Origin: Eledone cirrhosa
Taxonomy: Eukaryota
Direction of reading: 5' to 3'
Assembly (NCBI GenBank): GCA_964016885.1
Contig: OZ024740.1
Coordinates: forward strand, 216,752,001-216,816,000
Length of the DNA: 64,000 bases
In this document: positions 41,499 through 55,529 of the stretch, piece after piece
How the letters are laid out: each line of letters starts with the position of its first letter
How positions within the stretch are numbered: position 1 is the first letter of the stretch
Position numbers and translations under genes: made by a program
The notes under the pieces: generated by a model
Seen by the model: the letters and a program-made list of their open reading frames with translations, nothing else
What the model was told of the DNA's origin: nothing
The model's database searches: none

Positions 41499-41611
41499 AG
41501 TATTCCGATGATTTGATCAGAGGCAAACACTGTATTTAAGGTCGAGTGACGCAACTTCGAGTGATAAGCAGCCTTTATACTCACCTGATCAATGAAACAA
41601 TTGTTAATACT
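41499..41611 (+). ncRNA. Type-I hammerhead-like ribozyme, family G (CCGAUGA core, large stem II insert)
   Basis: AGTATT-CCGATGA-t-TTGATCAG-(64 nt)-CTGATCAA-t-GAA-AC-aatt-GT-T^AATACT. Confidence 0.7.
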
Positions 41612-42152
41612 AGAAATAAAACCCTTTTTGTACAGCCGACCATGTTATTCCTCAATCTTTCACTACTATATATATATATATATAGTAATAATAATAAATT
41701 TGAAGACTAAATATATATATATATGTATATATTGGGTCAAAAGCATGACAACCTCTCCTGAGTACTTGATGGAACGTGAGACCCTACATAAGTATGACAC
41801 AGGTCCCTGGCCTGCCTGGGAGATCAGTGGCTCCACTTCAGTACTGACTTGGTCTATGTAGACCCATCCAACCCTTGTTAACAAGGAAAGTGGATGTTAA
41901 AATGATGAATATATATATTTAAATTGGTTATTTTTCAATCTATTGAATCTTACCTCCTGGCTTTACCTTGGATTTAATTTACCTGCATAATAAATGACAA
42001 TAACAACATACTTCCCAACATCTTCATTTATAAATTTTTTTATTTTTATATATATATACAGAAAGAGGGGTAGAGATATGTATGTATATATACAGAGAGA
42101 GGGGTAGAGATATGTATGTATATATACAGAGAGAGGGAGAGAGATATGTATA

Positions 42153-42485
42153 TATACAGTGTACTGCTCTGGCATTCCCGGTCCTCGTTATTCATGGAAT
42201 TTTCCTTAGAACCTAACTAATAACTGTTCATGAAAACCACCGCACATTCGCAGAATCGGAAATATCTTGCGCAATAGTTTTTATGGCTATTTTCATGTCA
42301 ATATATTTGCTGGACTATTGGACGCCCCTTCACATACGACGCTTTCTCCTTTTATAAAATCATATTTTACCTTATATTTTGACGTTTATAGGAATTTTTA
42401 TGGACCATGTCCAGTATTCACGGTTTTTCACTCTTCATGAGTGCTCTAGGAACATAAACCCCATGAATACCGGGGGACAACTGTA
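42153..42485. mobile_element. pogo/Tigger-like MITE
   Basis: TA-cagt..cccggt..ttcatg start; catgaataccgggggacaactg-TA end. Confidence 0.55.
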
Positions 42486-42504
42486 TATGCACAAGTGTAT
42501 TGTC

Positions 42505-42563
<59 letters not shown>

Positions 42564-42581
42564 GATATATATATATATACA

Positions 42582-42645
42582 TATTGGGTCAAGTATGAAT
42601 TTTGTAGAAATTTGTGTTTTTTCTACAAATTTCATACTTGATGAC

Positions 42646-42651
<6 letters not shown>
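42582..42651. mobile_element. 70-bp hairpin mini-MITE (TATTGGGTCA..TGACCCAATA)
   Basis: Near-perfect inverted repeat in (TA)n. Confidence 0.6.
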
Positions 42652-42717
<66 letters not shown>

Positions 42718-43056
42718 TATATCATCATCATCATCATCATCATCACCGTTTAACATCCATTTTCTATCCTACCCTGGATTAGACACTTTCCAGTATGGGG
42801 AAGGCTCTTTCTGTCATGTCACCTACATATACATAGACAAAGCTTTAGGTTTGTCCCAGGCTATATCTTAATTCCATATATATCTTAATTCCACCTCTGC
42901 CTGGTAGTTTTTAAAATTATATTTAATATTTAAGGCATACCTGAGGACAACTTAGTCTAGGTCTGCAGAGGGTTGTTAGCAGAAAACCTATCCTAGTGTA
43001 TGTTAACCTATCTGCTATATATGTGTGGGTTTATATATGTATATTTATATACGTAA

Positions 43057-43101
<45 letters not shown>

Positions 43102-43128
43102 GTGTGTGCGAATCTGTATGATTACACT

Positions 43129-43183
<55 letters not shown>

Positions 43184-43210
43184 TGTGTATCTGTATGATT
43201 ACACTCACAG

Positions 43211-43245
<35 letters not shown>

Positions 43246-43346
43246 GTGTGTGTATCTGTATGATTACACTCACATACACACACACACACATATTATAGTG
43301 TGTGTGTATCTGTATGATTACTCACACTCACATATATATATACATA

Positions 43347-44720
43347 TCATCATCATCATCATCGTTTAATGTCCATCTTCCACGCTTGCATGGGTTTGGA
43401 CGGGAGTTTTCCCACTTGAGACAAGAGTGGTTGTCTTGCTCGCATAGGACTGTCTGGAGGGTTTTCTACAGCTGGATGCCCTTCCTAACACCAACCACAT
43501 TTACAGTGTGGGGCGGGGAGGTTTTTACCATGCTACCTACACGGCCACATTACAGCGTGGACTGTGTGTTTTTTTGTCGTGACACCTACACGACCTCATT
43601 TATTTCAGGCTGGATGTTGTGGTACCAACATAACTTTACATTGAAAGGGGTGGTGTGGATGGGGTGAGGGTAGTGGGATGGGGTGTATTTTGTTAGAGAT
43701 GCCTACTGACTGTAGGATTCGCTTTGTACTTAGGTAAGGCGGGTCTTCTGTATTACTGTGTAGCGCCAAAGATCTCGGTCCAGTGACATTGTCTTGGAGA
43801 GGTGTAAGTGTGTGAGGTCAGAATTTATCAAGTCGTCCCAGGTTTTTCTGGGTCTGCCTACTCTGTGGCTACCGTCTATTTTTATTGCCCTGCACTTTTT
43901 TATACAGCTGTCATCTTTCATGCGCATCACGTGACCATACTAACGTAGTCTTCTCTCAAGTAAACATCATCTGATCCCTCTTATTCCTAATTTCTCCCTT
44001 AGTTCATTTATGCTTTGCCGTTCACGTATATTACTATTACACATCCAGCGGAGCATGCAAGCTTCGTTCCTCTCCAGTCTGCGTATATCCTCTGCACACA
44101 ATGCCCAGGTCTCACTGCCATGTAACATTGCTGTTCGTATGCTGGCATCATACAGTCTGCCTTTCATTTTTAGGGAGAAACCTTTAGCGGCCAATAGTGG
44201 TTTTAAGCTCTATGAACTTTTTCCATCCCTTCTCTCTCTAGCTACTGTACTTTCAGAGCACCCTCCACCACTGCTGATTTTGTCACCCAGGTAACGGAAG
44301 GTGTCCACTATTTCTATAGAACCATCTGGGCAATGGAAGGAGCTAGTATCCTGTGGGCACTTGCTACTACTTATTGCACCTGAGCACCGGCCACATATAA
44401 AATCTATGTTCTTAGTTAGCTTACCTGTGATCCCACTACATCTTTTATGCACCCATACTTTGCATTTGGGACGTAAAATGGAGTTTCTACCTACTCCTTT
44501 CCTACACACTGAGCATGGCCATTTCCCAGATGGGACCTGTGCCCTATTTCCCTTCCTACAAACTAGAACTTTAGTCTTAGACAGGTTAATTTTAAGGCCT
44601 TTTGATTCTAGGCCATGCTTCCATGTTAGGAATTTCTTCTCTAGTTCAGCCATTGATTCAGCTATGAGCGTTAGATCATTTGCGAATAGGAGTTCCCATG
44701 GGCAGCCTGTCTTGAACTCC
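43347..44720 (-). mobile_element. 5'-truncated RTE-clade LINE (subfamily A), frameshifted
   Basis: [10 protein letters not shown] (mutated YADD), PHD-like Cys/His segment, LHGSETW, GRPRKTW; (GAT)n tail; both junctions in (TA)n. Confidence 0.93.
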
Positions 44721-44779
44721 TATATATATATATATATTATAGTGTGTGTGTATCTGTATGATTACCCACACTCACACAT

Positions 44780-44863
<84 letters not shown>

Positions 44864-44866
<3 letters not shown>

Positions 44867-45635
44867 GGGTGATGTGTTGTTTCCTTGAGCAAGACACTTT
44901 ATTTCACATTGCTTCAGTTTACTCAGCTGTAGAAATGAGATGATAGGGACTGAGGTCCCTATCATTTCACTGCAAAGTGGTCGTGGAGGTGCCATGGCAA
45001 AAAAGCACCCAGCCCTCACTGTAAAGTGGACGTGGAGGTGCCATGGCAAAAAAGCACCCAGCCCTCACTGTAAAGTGGACGTGGAGGTACCACGGCAAAA
45101 AAGCACCCACCACTCACTGTAAAGTGGTCGTGGAGGTGCCACGGCAAAGAAGCACCCAGCCCTCACTGTAAAGTGGACGTGGAGGTACCACGGCAAAAAA
45201 AGCACCCAGCACTCACTGTAAAGTGGACGTGGAGGTACCACGGCAAAAAAAAGCACCCAGCCCTCACTGTAAAGTGGACGTGGAGGTACCACGGCAAAAA
45301 AAGCACCCAGCACTCACTGTAAAGTGGTCGTGGAGGTGCCACGGCAAAAAAAAGCACCCAGCCCTCACTGTAAAGTGGACGTGGAGGTGCCACGGCAAAA
45401 AAAGCACCCAGCCCTCACTGTAAAGTGGACGTGGAGGTGCCACGGCAAAAAAGCACCCAGCCCTCACTGTAAAGTGGATGTGGAGGTGCCACGGCAAAAA
45501 AGCACCCAGCACTCACTGTAAATGAGGTTGGTGTTAGGAAGGGCATCCAGCTGTAGAAATCAAGCCAGAATCAGTTCCAGTCCCACCCTTGCAAGCAGGG
45601 AAAAAGCGGACGTAAAATGAAATGATGATGATGAT
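44864..45635 (+). mobile_element. SINE S2 (head-truncated) with internal ~50-bp unit amplified to 11 copies (44972-45517)
   Basis: Unit gtaaagtggacgtggaggtgccacggcaaaaaagcacccagccctcact is single-copy in the other S2 SINEs. Confidence 0.92.
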
Positions 45636-45673
45636 ATATATTGTGTATATGTGTGTGTAACTGTATGACTACT

Positions 45674-45706
<33 letters not shown>

Positions 45707-45853
45707 GTGTGTGTATATATATATATTATAGTATGTGTGTAACTGTATGATTACTCACACACACACACATACACACATATATATATCCAGTGAACTTTCA
45801 ACCGTCAAGGTTGTTTTTCCACGGTTATGTCAATATTTATAAAACAAATCTTG

Positions 45854-45918
45854 TATTTTATCTGATGAAAGCGCACCAAGATTGCTTTGGTTGCCCTTGA
45901 AATATATATAATAAAATA
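45854..45918 (+). ncRNA. Type-I hammerhead ribozyme, family H
   Basis: TATTTTAT-CTGATGA-AAGcGCACCAAGattgCtTTGGtTGCcCTT-GAA-ATATATAT-A^ATAAAATA; 8-bp stem I; palindromic stem III. Confidence 0.78.
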
Positions 45919-46329
45919 ATTATGGTTTTATAAATATAGTTTCCATTTATTAATATAATATATATATATATATATATTATAGTGTGTGAGTGTATCTGTA
46001 CAATTACCCACACTCACGCCACAGACACACATACATATATATATATAGTGTGTGTAACTATATAATTAGCCTCACTCACACACAGACACATACACATAGA
46101 AATATATTGCAGCAGCAGTGTGTTGTTCTAAAACTCATCACTGATGTAATTAGCTCTACTAATTATAATCTCTCTGTGCTCCTCCCCCCCTCCTATCTCT
46201 GTCTAATCATTATATCCAGTTGGATTTCAAACAACTCTATTGCCACCTTCTCATTGGCTCAGCTTCTCTTGAACTCAATCATGGTCTTTTATTCAAAATA
46301 TATACATCTGTACATACCTACATACATGT

Positions 46330-46733
46330 GTGTGTGTATATATATGTGTGTGTGTGTGTGTATGTATGTATATATATATATATGTATGTATATATATATA
46401 ATTGTTTCTACTTTTGGCACAAGGCCAGCAATTACTCAGTACATTTCTGGTATGTATATATATATAGTATGTATGTATGTATGTATGTATGTATGTATGT
46501 ATATATGTATATATATATATGTATGTGTGTATATATATATATATATGTGTGTGTGTGTATATATATATATGTGTGTATATATATATATGTATGTGTGTAT
46601 GTATGTATATGTATATATATGTGTATATATATATATATATGTATGTGTATATATATGTGTATGTGTGTATGTATGTATGTATATATATATATATGTGTAT
46701 AAATATATATGTATATATATGTGTGTATATATA

Positions 46734-46788
<55 letters not shown>

Positions 46789-46827
46789 ATATATATGTGT
46801 ATATATGTGTATATATATGTGTATATA

Positions 46828-46892
<65 letters not shown>

Positions 46893-46971
46893 ATATATGT
46901 ATATATATATATATACATATATATATATACATATATATATATACATATATATATATGTATGTGTATATATG

Positions 46972-47034
<63 letters not shown>

Positions 47035-47110
47035 GTATATATATATATGTATATATATATGTATATATATATATGTATATATATATATGTATACATATAC
47101 ATATATATGC
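46330..47110. repeat. (TA)n/(TG)n/(TATG)n microsatellite field
   Basis: Seen directly. Confidence 0.95.
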
Positions 47111-47521
47111 AGGGAAAAGCAGATGTAAAATGAAAATTATGATGATGATGATGATATCTTATGTTAATTTATCTATACTTATTAAATATGTAACAATCAT
47201 GTTTCTCAATAAAAAAGCTCTCACTATATTATCTTTTAAAAACATACACACGTTTATATGTCTTGCGTTTGAATATTCTTGATCTACGATAAACTACTGG
47301 TCACTATGAATTATTGAACCTTCCAATCTTAATAAATTAATACTTCATAAATATAGTTTTCAGTGGTAATTGTACTTAGTACAGTCTAATTAGTCATCTA
47401 TGTACTAAGATATATATATATTACGTATATATTATGTATATATATATATGTCGTGTGTGTCTGTTAATTTTGTATGAACACATATTCATATGTATCATCA
47501 TTTATGCATTCATATATCTCT

Positions 47522-47600
<79 letters not shown>

Positions 47601-47666
47601 TATATATATGTGTGTGTGTGTATATATATAAGTGTGTATATATATATATATACATATGTGTATGTT

Positions 47667-47747
<81 letters not shown>

Positions 47748-48004
47748 ATGTATACAACATGCATGAGTGCATGTGTCTTAGAATGACATTTGGCATTAGT
47801 ATAAATGTGTGTGTGTATGTGACATTAGCCTCTCTCCTCCACTATATAACATTATCATTACTGCTGTGCCAATATTAATGGCCACCCCTACTTCTTCAGT
47901 TCGAAAATTAATCAAAGATTTTAGTTGGAACAAACAATAGGGGTGTGGTCTTGTAATTTATGAAGTATTTCTACAGAAAAACAATTAAAATGTTGATTCT
48001 ATGC

Positions 48005-48137
48005 TCTATATGTATGTGTCTGTGTATTATGTTATATGTATATACATGTATGTGTCTGTATATTATGTTATATGAATGATCATATGTATGTATGTCTGTG
48101 TGTTACGCATATATATGTGTGTTTATGTATATTATGC

Positions 48138-48178
<41 letters not shown>

Positions 48179-49120
48179 CTGTATATTATGTTATATGTAT
48201 GTATATGTATATTATGTTATATGAATGATCATATGTATGTATGTCTGTGTGTTATGTATATATATGTGTGTTTATGTATATTATGCTATATGTATATATA
48301 TGTATGTGTCTGTATATTATGTTATATGTATGTATATGTATGTGTCTGTATATTATGTTATATGTATATGTATGTGTCTGTATATTATGTTATATGTATG
48401 TATATGTATGTGTCTGTATATTATGTTATATGTATGAATATGTATGTATATGTATGTATATGTATGTGTCTGTATATTATGTTATATGAATGATCATATG
48501 TATGTATGTATGTGTCTGTGTATTATGCTATATATGTGCTGATGTGTGCGTCTGTATATTATGTTATATGAATGATCATATGTATGTGTTTGTATGTGTC
48601 TCTGTGTTCTGCTATATATGAATTTATGTATGTGTCTGTGTATTATGCTATATATGTGTGTTTTTGTATATTATGCTATACATGTATATGTGTGTATGTA
48701 TGTGTCTGTATATTATATTATATATGTATATGTGTGTATGCATGTGTTTGTATATTATGTTATATGAATGATCATATGTATGTATGTATGTGTCTGTATA
48801 TTATGCTATATATATATCTATGTATGTATGTATGTATGTGTCTGTATATCATGCTAAATATATCTATCTATGTATGTATGTATGTATGTATGTATGTATG
48901 TATGTATGTATGTATGTATGTATGTATGTGTCTGTATATTATGCTATATATGTATATGTGCTGATGTATGTGTCTGCAGATTATGCTATATATGTGTGTG
49001 TGTGCGTGTGTGTATGTAGGTGTCTGTATATTATATTATATGAGTGATCATATGTATGTATGTGTTTCTATATTATTATATATATGTGTCTGCATATTAT
49101 ACTGTATGTATAATCATGTA
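48005..49120. repeat. Degenerate repeat (gtatgtgtctgtatattatgttatat)
   Basis: Recurring ~26-32 bp motif. Confidence 0.85.
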
Positions 49121-49306
49121 TGTATGTATGTTTATGTAAAATATAGTGTATGTATGGTCATGTGTGTGCATATTTATATGTGTGTATATGACGTGTGTGT
49201 GAGTGTGTGTGTATATGTATGATAGTGAATGTATGATCCTGTGTGTGTACACAGCCAGCCAGATACATAATAGACTGAAAATGTTGTTTACATACACACA
49301 GGTGTT

Positions 49307-50168
49307 ATTAAGGGTTAGTGTGGTATAGGGTGGCACATTAAGGGTTAGTGTGGTATAGGGTGGCACATTAAGGGTTAGTGTGGTATAGGGTCGCACATTA
49401 AGGGTTAGTGTGGTATGGGGTGGCACATTAAGGGTTAGTGTGGTATAGGGTGGCACATTAAGGGTTAGTGTGGTATAGGGTGGCATATTAAGGGTTAGTG
49501 TGGTATAGGGTGGCACATTAAGGGTTAGTGTGGTATAGGGTGGCACATTAAGGGTTAGGGTGGCATATTAAGGGTTAGTGTGGTATAGGGTGGCACATTA
49601 AGGGTTAGTGTGGTATGGGGTGGCATATTAAGGGTTAGTGTGGTATGGGGTGGAATATTAAGGGTTAGTCTGTTATAGGGTGGCACATTAAGGATTAGTG
49701 TGGTATGGGGTGGCATATTAAGGGTTAGTGTGATATAGGGTGGCACATTAAGGGTTAGTGTGATATAGGGTGGCACATTAAGGGTTAGTGTGGTATGGGG
49801 TGGCATATTAAGGGTTAGTGTGGTATGGGGTGGCATATTAAGGGTTAGTCTGTTATAGGGTAGCACATTAAGGATTAGTGTGGTATGGGGTGGCATATTA
49901 AGGGTTAGTGTGATATAGGGTGGCACATTAAGGGTTAGTGTGATATAGGGTGGCATATTAAGGGTCAGTGTGGTATGGGGTGGCACATTAAGGATTAGTC
50001 TGTTATAGGGTGGCACATTAAGGGTTAGTCTGGTATGGGGTGGCACATTAAGGATTAGTCTGTTATAGGGTGGCATATTAAGGATTAGTGTGGTATGGGG
50101 TGGCACATTAAGGGTTAGTCTGTTATAGGGTGGCACATTAAGGATTAGTGTGGTAGGGGGTGGCACAT
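49307..50168. repeat. 30-bp G-rich minisatellite (ttaagggttagtgtggtatagggtggcaca), ~28 copies
   Basis: Direct tandem; one shortened unit at ~49555. Confidence 0.97.
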
Positions 50169-50284
50169 TTAACCCTTACGAAAAGAAATATCAATAGTTT
50201 TTTTTATTTGTTATTAATTTTTTCCTGTTTTGTTGTAGTTTGTTTTATTTCAACTTTTTGTGATAATCATTTCCTTAATTTGTA

Positions 50285-50591
50285 ATAATTGTTTCTGATT
50301 TTGGCACAAGGCCAACAATTTTTGGGGAAGGGAAGTCCGTCATATAGACCCCAGTATTTCACTGGTAATTTATTGACCCTAAAGAATGAAAGGCTAAGTT
50401 TACCTTGGCTTAATTTGAGTTTAGAACTGGAATAATTACTGCCAAGTGTCAACAATTCTGTAAAACCTCTGCCTTTGTAATAATTGTTTCTACTTTTGGC
50501 ACAAGGCCAGCAATTAACCAGTGTATTACTGGTACTTTATTTTATCGACCCCGTAAGGATGAAAGGTAAAGTTAACCTCGGTGGGATTTGT
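50285..50591 (-). mobile_element. Two S1-type SINE fragments
   Basis: Reverse complement of the S1 3' half at 50480-50591; older variant at 50285-50470. Confidence 0.8.
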
Positions 50592-51349
50592 AATAATATT
50601 AATAGAAGTGAATTGTAATGATTTCATATATATATATATATATATGTGTATATATGTGTGTGACTATATATATATATATATATGACTATATCTATATATG
50701 TGTATATGTGACTATATATATGTGTATTTATGTGTATATATATATATATAATGTGTGTGTGATATTATATATATGTGTGTGTGTGTGTGTGTAGTGCAGA
50801 ATGTATGTGCATGTTTAATGAGAGTGTATGTGTGTATGAGTGAGAGAGCTTCTGTGTGTGTGTTTGTGATAGGGAGAGAAACTGGAATGAATTGTGTATA
50901 TTGATGTGTGTGTATATATATATATATATATGTGTATTTTTTAAATTAAAAAGCTACAGAAAGACAAATGAAGTTTTGTCTGTGTCTTTGTTGTTATACA
51001 TGTGTGTATGTTGATGTATAATGTATATATGTTGATATATAATGTGTATATGTTGTTATACATGTGTATATGTTGATATATAATGTGTTATGTTGAAATA
51101 TAATGTGTATATGTTGATATATAATGTGTATATGTTGATGTAAAATGTGTATATGTTGATATATAATGTGTATATATTGATATATAATGTGTGTATGTTG
51201 ATCTATAATGTGTATATGTATGTATGTTTGTATGTTGATGTATAATGTGTGTATGTATGTATGTTTGTATGGTGTATTAAAGATTCTATTTGTATATTGT
51301 GATGTTAGTTATATACACTTTATAAAACCTATTACCAACCCCTCTCATA

Positions 51350-51381
<32 letters not shown>

Positions 51382-52522
51382 ATATATGTATATATATTTA
51401 TATATATATATATATGTGTGTGTGTATATAATATTTTCAATATATATATATGTATGTTTGTGTGTGTATGTGTAATATTTCGACTTTGTAATTCTGATAT
51501 ATGTGTGTCTGTCTCAGTGCGTGTGGTATGTCTGTCTGTCTGTGTGTATGTCTGTTGTGTCTGTGTGTGTGTATGTTGTGTGTGTGTGTGTATGTCTGTT
51601 TGTGTTCGTGGTGTTTGTGTGTATGTCTGTTTGTGTCTGTTGTGTGTGTGTCTGTGTGTGTATGTGTGTGTGTCTGTGTGTGTTGTGGTGTGTAGTGATG
51701 TCTGTTATGTATTGTTTGTGTCTGTGTGTTTGTCTGTTTGTGACTTGTGTGTCTGTGTTTGTAGTTCTGTGTCGTGTGTGTCCTGAGTGTAGTTTGTGTA
51801 CTGTCGATAGCTGTCTGTGTGTTTGTGTATGGTATATTCTCACTTGTTGTAAAGTGTCGTAATGCCTGTGTGTACTTTTCCTCATTCATTTTACTTCTAC
51901 TAATCTACTTGTCGAACAAGATCTATCCTAATCAACTTTACTCACTACACACACACTTATACATATATACACACATATATACATATATACACACAGTCTC
52001 TCATGCACATACTCCCTTTCTTCTTTTCACCCCCCCCTCTCTCTTTATCACCTCACACTTCTCTTTCATTCATATTTATTTATTTATCTTCTTTCTATAT
52101 GATCCTTTCTTAATTGCATCCCTTCCCGCCTCTCTCCATCTACTCCCTCCTTTCTCTCTCTCTGGTCCTTACTTTCTCATCTATTTTCTTCTCTACTCTC
52201 TGTTACTTGTTCTCTTGTCATTCGACCTCTTTCTCACTGTCTTTTTCGTCTCCCCCCCTCTCTCTCTCTCTATCTTTGTTTCTTCTTCTTTATTTGTTTC
52301 GATTATTTACTTCTTTCTCTATTTCTTTCTTCTCTCCTTCCTTCAATCTATCCTCTAATTCAATAATTTATGTCTTCAATTATTTATTCATGTGTAAAAC
52401 ATATTTTTAACCCCTTCCTCTCACTTTATTTCTTTTATCACTCACTTATATATATAAATATATATAAATATATATAAAATATATATGTGCATATACATAT
52501 ATATATGTGCATATATTATATA

Positions 52523-52589
<67 letters not shown>

Positions 52590-52945
52590 TATTCTTATTC
52601 CCCTCTATATGTCTCTTTCTCAGTATTTGTTGTTTTGTCTTTACTGTTGTCTACATATGATGTCCATGAAATTACTCCATATTCTTCACATTCTAACTAG
52701 TTTCCATTGAAAGAGGTAAGATATATTTTAATTTAAATCTCTGTCTCTATGTGAAATGTTTTGGTGGTGGAACAGTTGTAGAATCCCTTGCTGTGGTGCA
52801 CGTGTCTACACCAATGCCGGTCTGCACTATCCACATCTTCTTACAATCTTCAAATCACTCTGCTCTTTCTATTCCATACCTTATTATCTCTGTCTCTCTT
52901 CTATTTCTACATGTGCTCACATACACACATACTCAGCCATACATT

Positions 52946-52979
<34 letters not shown>

Positions 52980-53127
52980 ATATGTATATATATTGCTATT
53001 GTATATATGCACGTGTAATTTTGTACACCCTTATGTAAACATTTGCCTGTCTGCATAACTTGTTTATATATTATATGAATGTACACGTGTATTGTATGTA
53101 TATGTAGTTATAAAATAATGAAGTGTC

Positions 53128-53370
53128 ATATATATATATATATATATATATACTTATATATATACTTTAATATAATATATATATATATTACTTTATATTA
53201 ATAATATATATATATACATATATATATATACTTATATGTACATATATATACATATATATACTATATACTATATATACAAATATATATTATATATACTTAT
53301 ATATATAATATATATATATATACTTATATATATATTTATATATAATATATATTATATATACTATATATAC

Positions 53371-53402
<32 letters not shown>

Positions 53403-53434
53403 AAATATATTTATATATATTAATATAATTATAT

Positions 53435-53497
<63 letters not shown>

Positions 53498-53596
53498 TAT
53501 ATACATATATGATATCAGTTATAAAAATATTTACTTGTTGTATCCAACAATTTTAAATAGAACTTTTGCATATATACATATATATATAATATATAC

Positions 53597-53632
<36 letters not shown>

Positions 53633-53667
53633 ATATGTACATATATATATATATATATATATACATA

Positions 53668-53751
<84 letters not shown>

Positions 53752-53821
53752 ATATATATATATTTACACATATATACATATATATATATTACTTATATAT
53801 ATATATATATTATATATATAC

Positions 53822-53854
<33 letters not shown>

Positions 53855-53945
53855 ATATATATATATTTATATATATACATATATTTATATATATATATAT
53901 TATATACATATATTTATTATATATATATATTATATATATATATAT

Positions 53946-53976
<31 letters not shown>

Positions 53977-54188
53977 ATTTATATATATACATATATTTAT
54001 ATATATATAATATATTTATATATATATATATTTATATATATATATATTATATATATATATATTTATATATATATATATATTATATATATACATATATTTA
54101 TATATATATATATAAATATATGTATATATATAAATATATACATATATAAATATATACATATATAAATATATGTATATATATATATATG

Positions 54189-54220
<32 letters not shown>

Positions 54221-54230
54221 TATATATATA
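53128..54230. repeat. Imperfect (TA)n array
   Basis: Seen directly. Confidence 0.96.
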
Positions 54231-55379
54231 CTAAGCTAACTAAGAACATAGAATTTACATGTGGCCGGTGCTCTGGTGCAATAAGTAGCAGCAAGTGCCC
54301 ACAGAATACTAGCTCTTTCAATTGCACAGAGGGTTCTATAGAAATAGTGGACAGCTTCCGTTACCTGGGTGACAAAATCAGCAGTGGGGGAGGGTGCTCT
54401 GAAAGTACAGTAGCTAGAGTCAGAACTGGATGGAAAAAGTTCATAGAGCTTATACCACTATTAGCCGCTAAAGGGTTCTCCCTAAAAATCAAAGGCAGGC
54501 TGTATGATGCCTGCATACGAACAGCAATGTTGCATGGCAGTGAGACCTGGGCATTGTGTGCAGAGGATATACGCAGACTAGAGAGGAACGAAGCATGCAT
54601 GCTCCGCTGGATGTGTAATAGTAATATACGTGAACGGCAAAGCATTAACGAATTAAGGGAAAAATTAGAAATAAGAGGGATCAGATGTTGTTTACTCGAG
54701 AGAAGGCTACGTTGGTATGGTCACGTGATGCGCATGAAAGACGACAGCTGTATAAAAAAGTGCAGGGCAATAAAAATAGACTGTAGCCATGGAGTAGGCA
54801 GACCCAGAAAAACCTGGGACGACTTGATAAATTCCGACCTAAAATAGACTGTAGCCATGGAGTAGGCAGACCCAGAAAAACCTGGGACGACTTGATAAAT
54901 TCCGACCTCACACACTTACACCTCTCCAAGACAATGTCACTAGATCGAGATCTTTGGCGCTACACAGTAATAGAGAAGACCCGCCTTACCTAAATACAAA
55001 GTAAAATCTACTACAGTCAGTAGGCACCTCTAACAAAATATCCACCGTCCCACTATCCCCACCCCATCCACACCACCCCTTTCAATGTAAAGTTATGTTG
55101 GTACCACGACATCCAGGCCGAAACAAATGAGGTCGTGTAGGTGTCACGACAAAAAAAAAACACACAGTCCACGCTGTAATGTGGCCGTGTAGGTAACACG
55201 GTAAAAACCTCCCAGTTCCACACTGTAAATGTGGTTGGTGTTAGGAAGGGCATCCAGCCGTATAAAACCCGGCAGACAGTCCTATGCGAGCAAGACAACC
55301 ACTCTTACCTCAAGTGGGAAAACTCCCGTCCAAACCCATGCAAGCGTGGAATATGGACGTTAAACGATGATGATGATGA

Positions 55380-55380
<1 letters not shown>
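54231..55380 (+). mobile_element. 5'-truncated RTE LINE (subfamily A) with 68-bp internal tandem duplication (54773-54908)
   Basis: [41 protein letters not shown]; 3'UTR and (GAT)n. Confidence 0.94.
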
Positions 55381-55416
<36 letters not shown>

Positions 55417-55435
55417 TTATATATATACATATATT

Positions 55436-55529
<94 letters not shown>

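Noticed and set aside
47160-47420. Possible Penelope GIY-YIG C-terminus (ESFFIEK..FNK) with a decayed hammerhead
   Set aside because: Too short and interrupted, and the core is not recoverable by eye.
49097-50166. Pro/Thr-rich repetitive ORFs and a true telomere
   Set aside because: 30-bp minisatellite; no tandem TTAGGG run.
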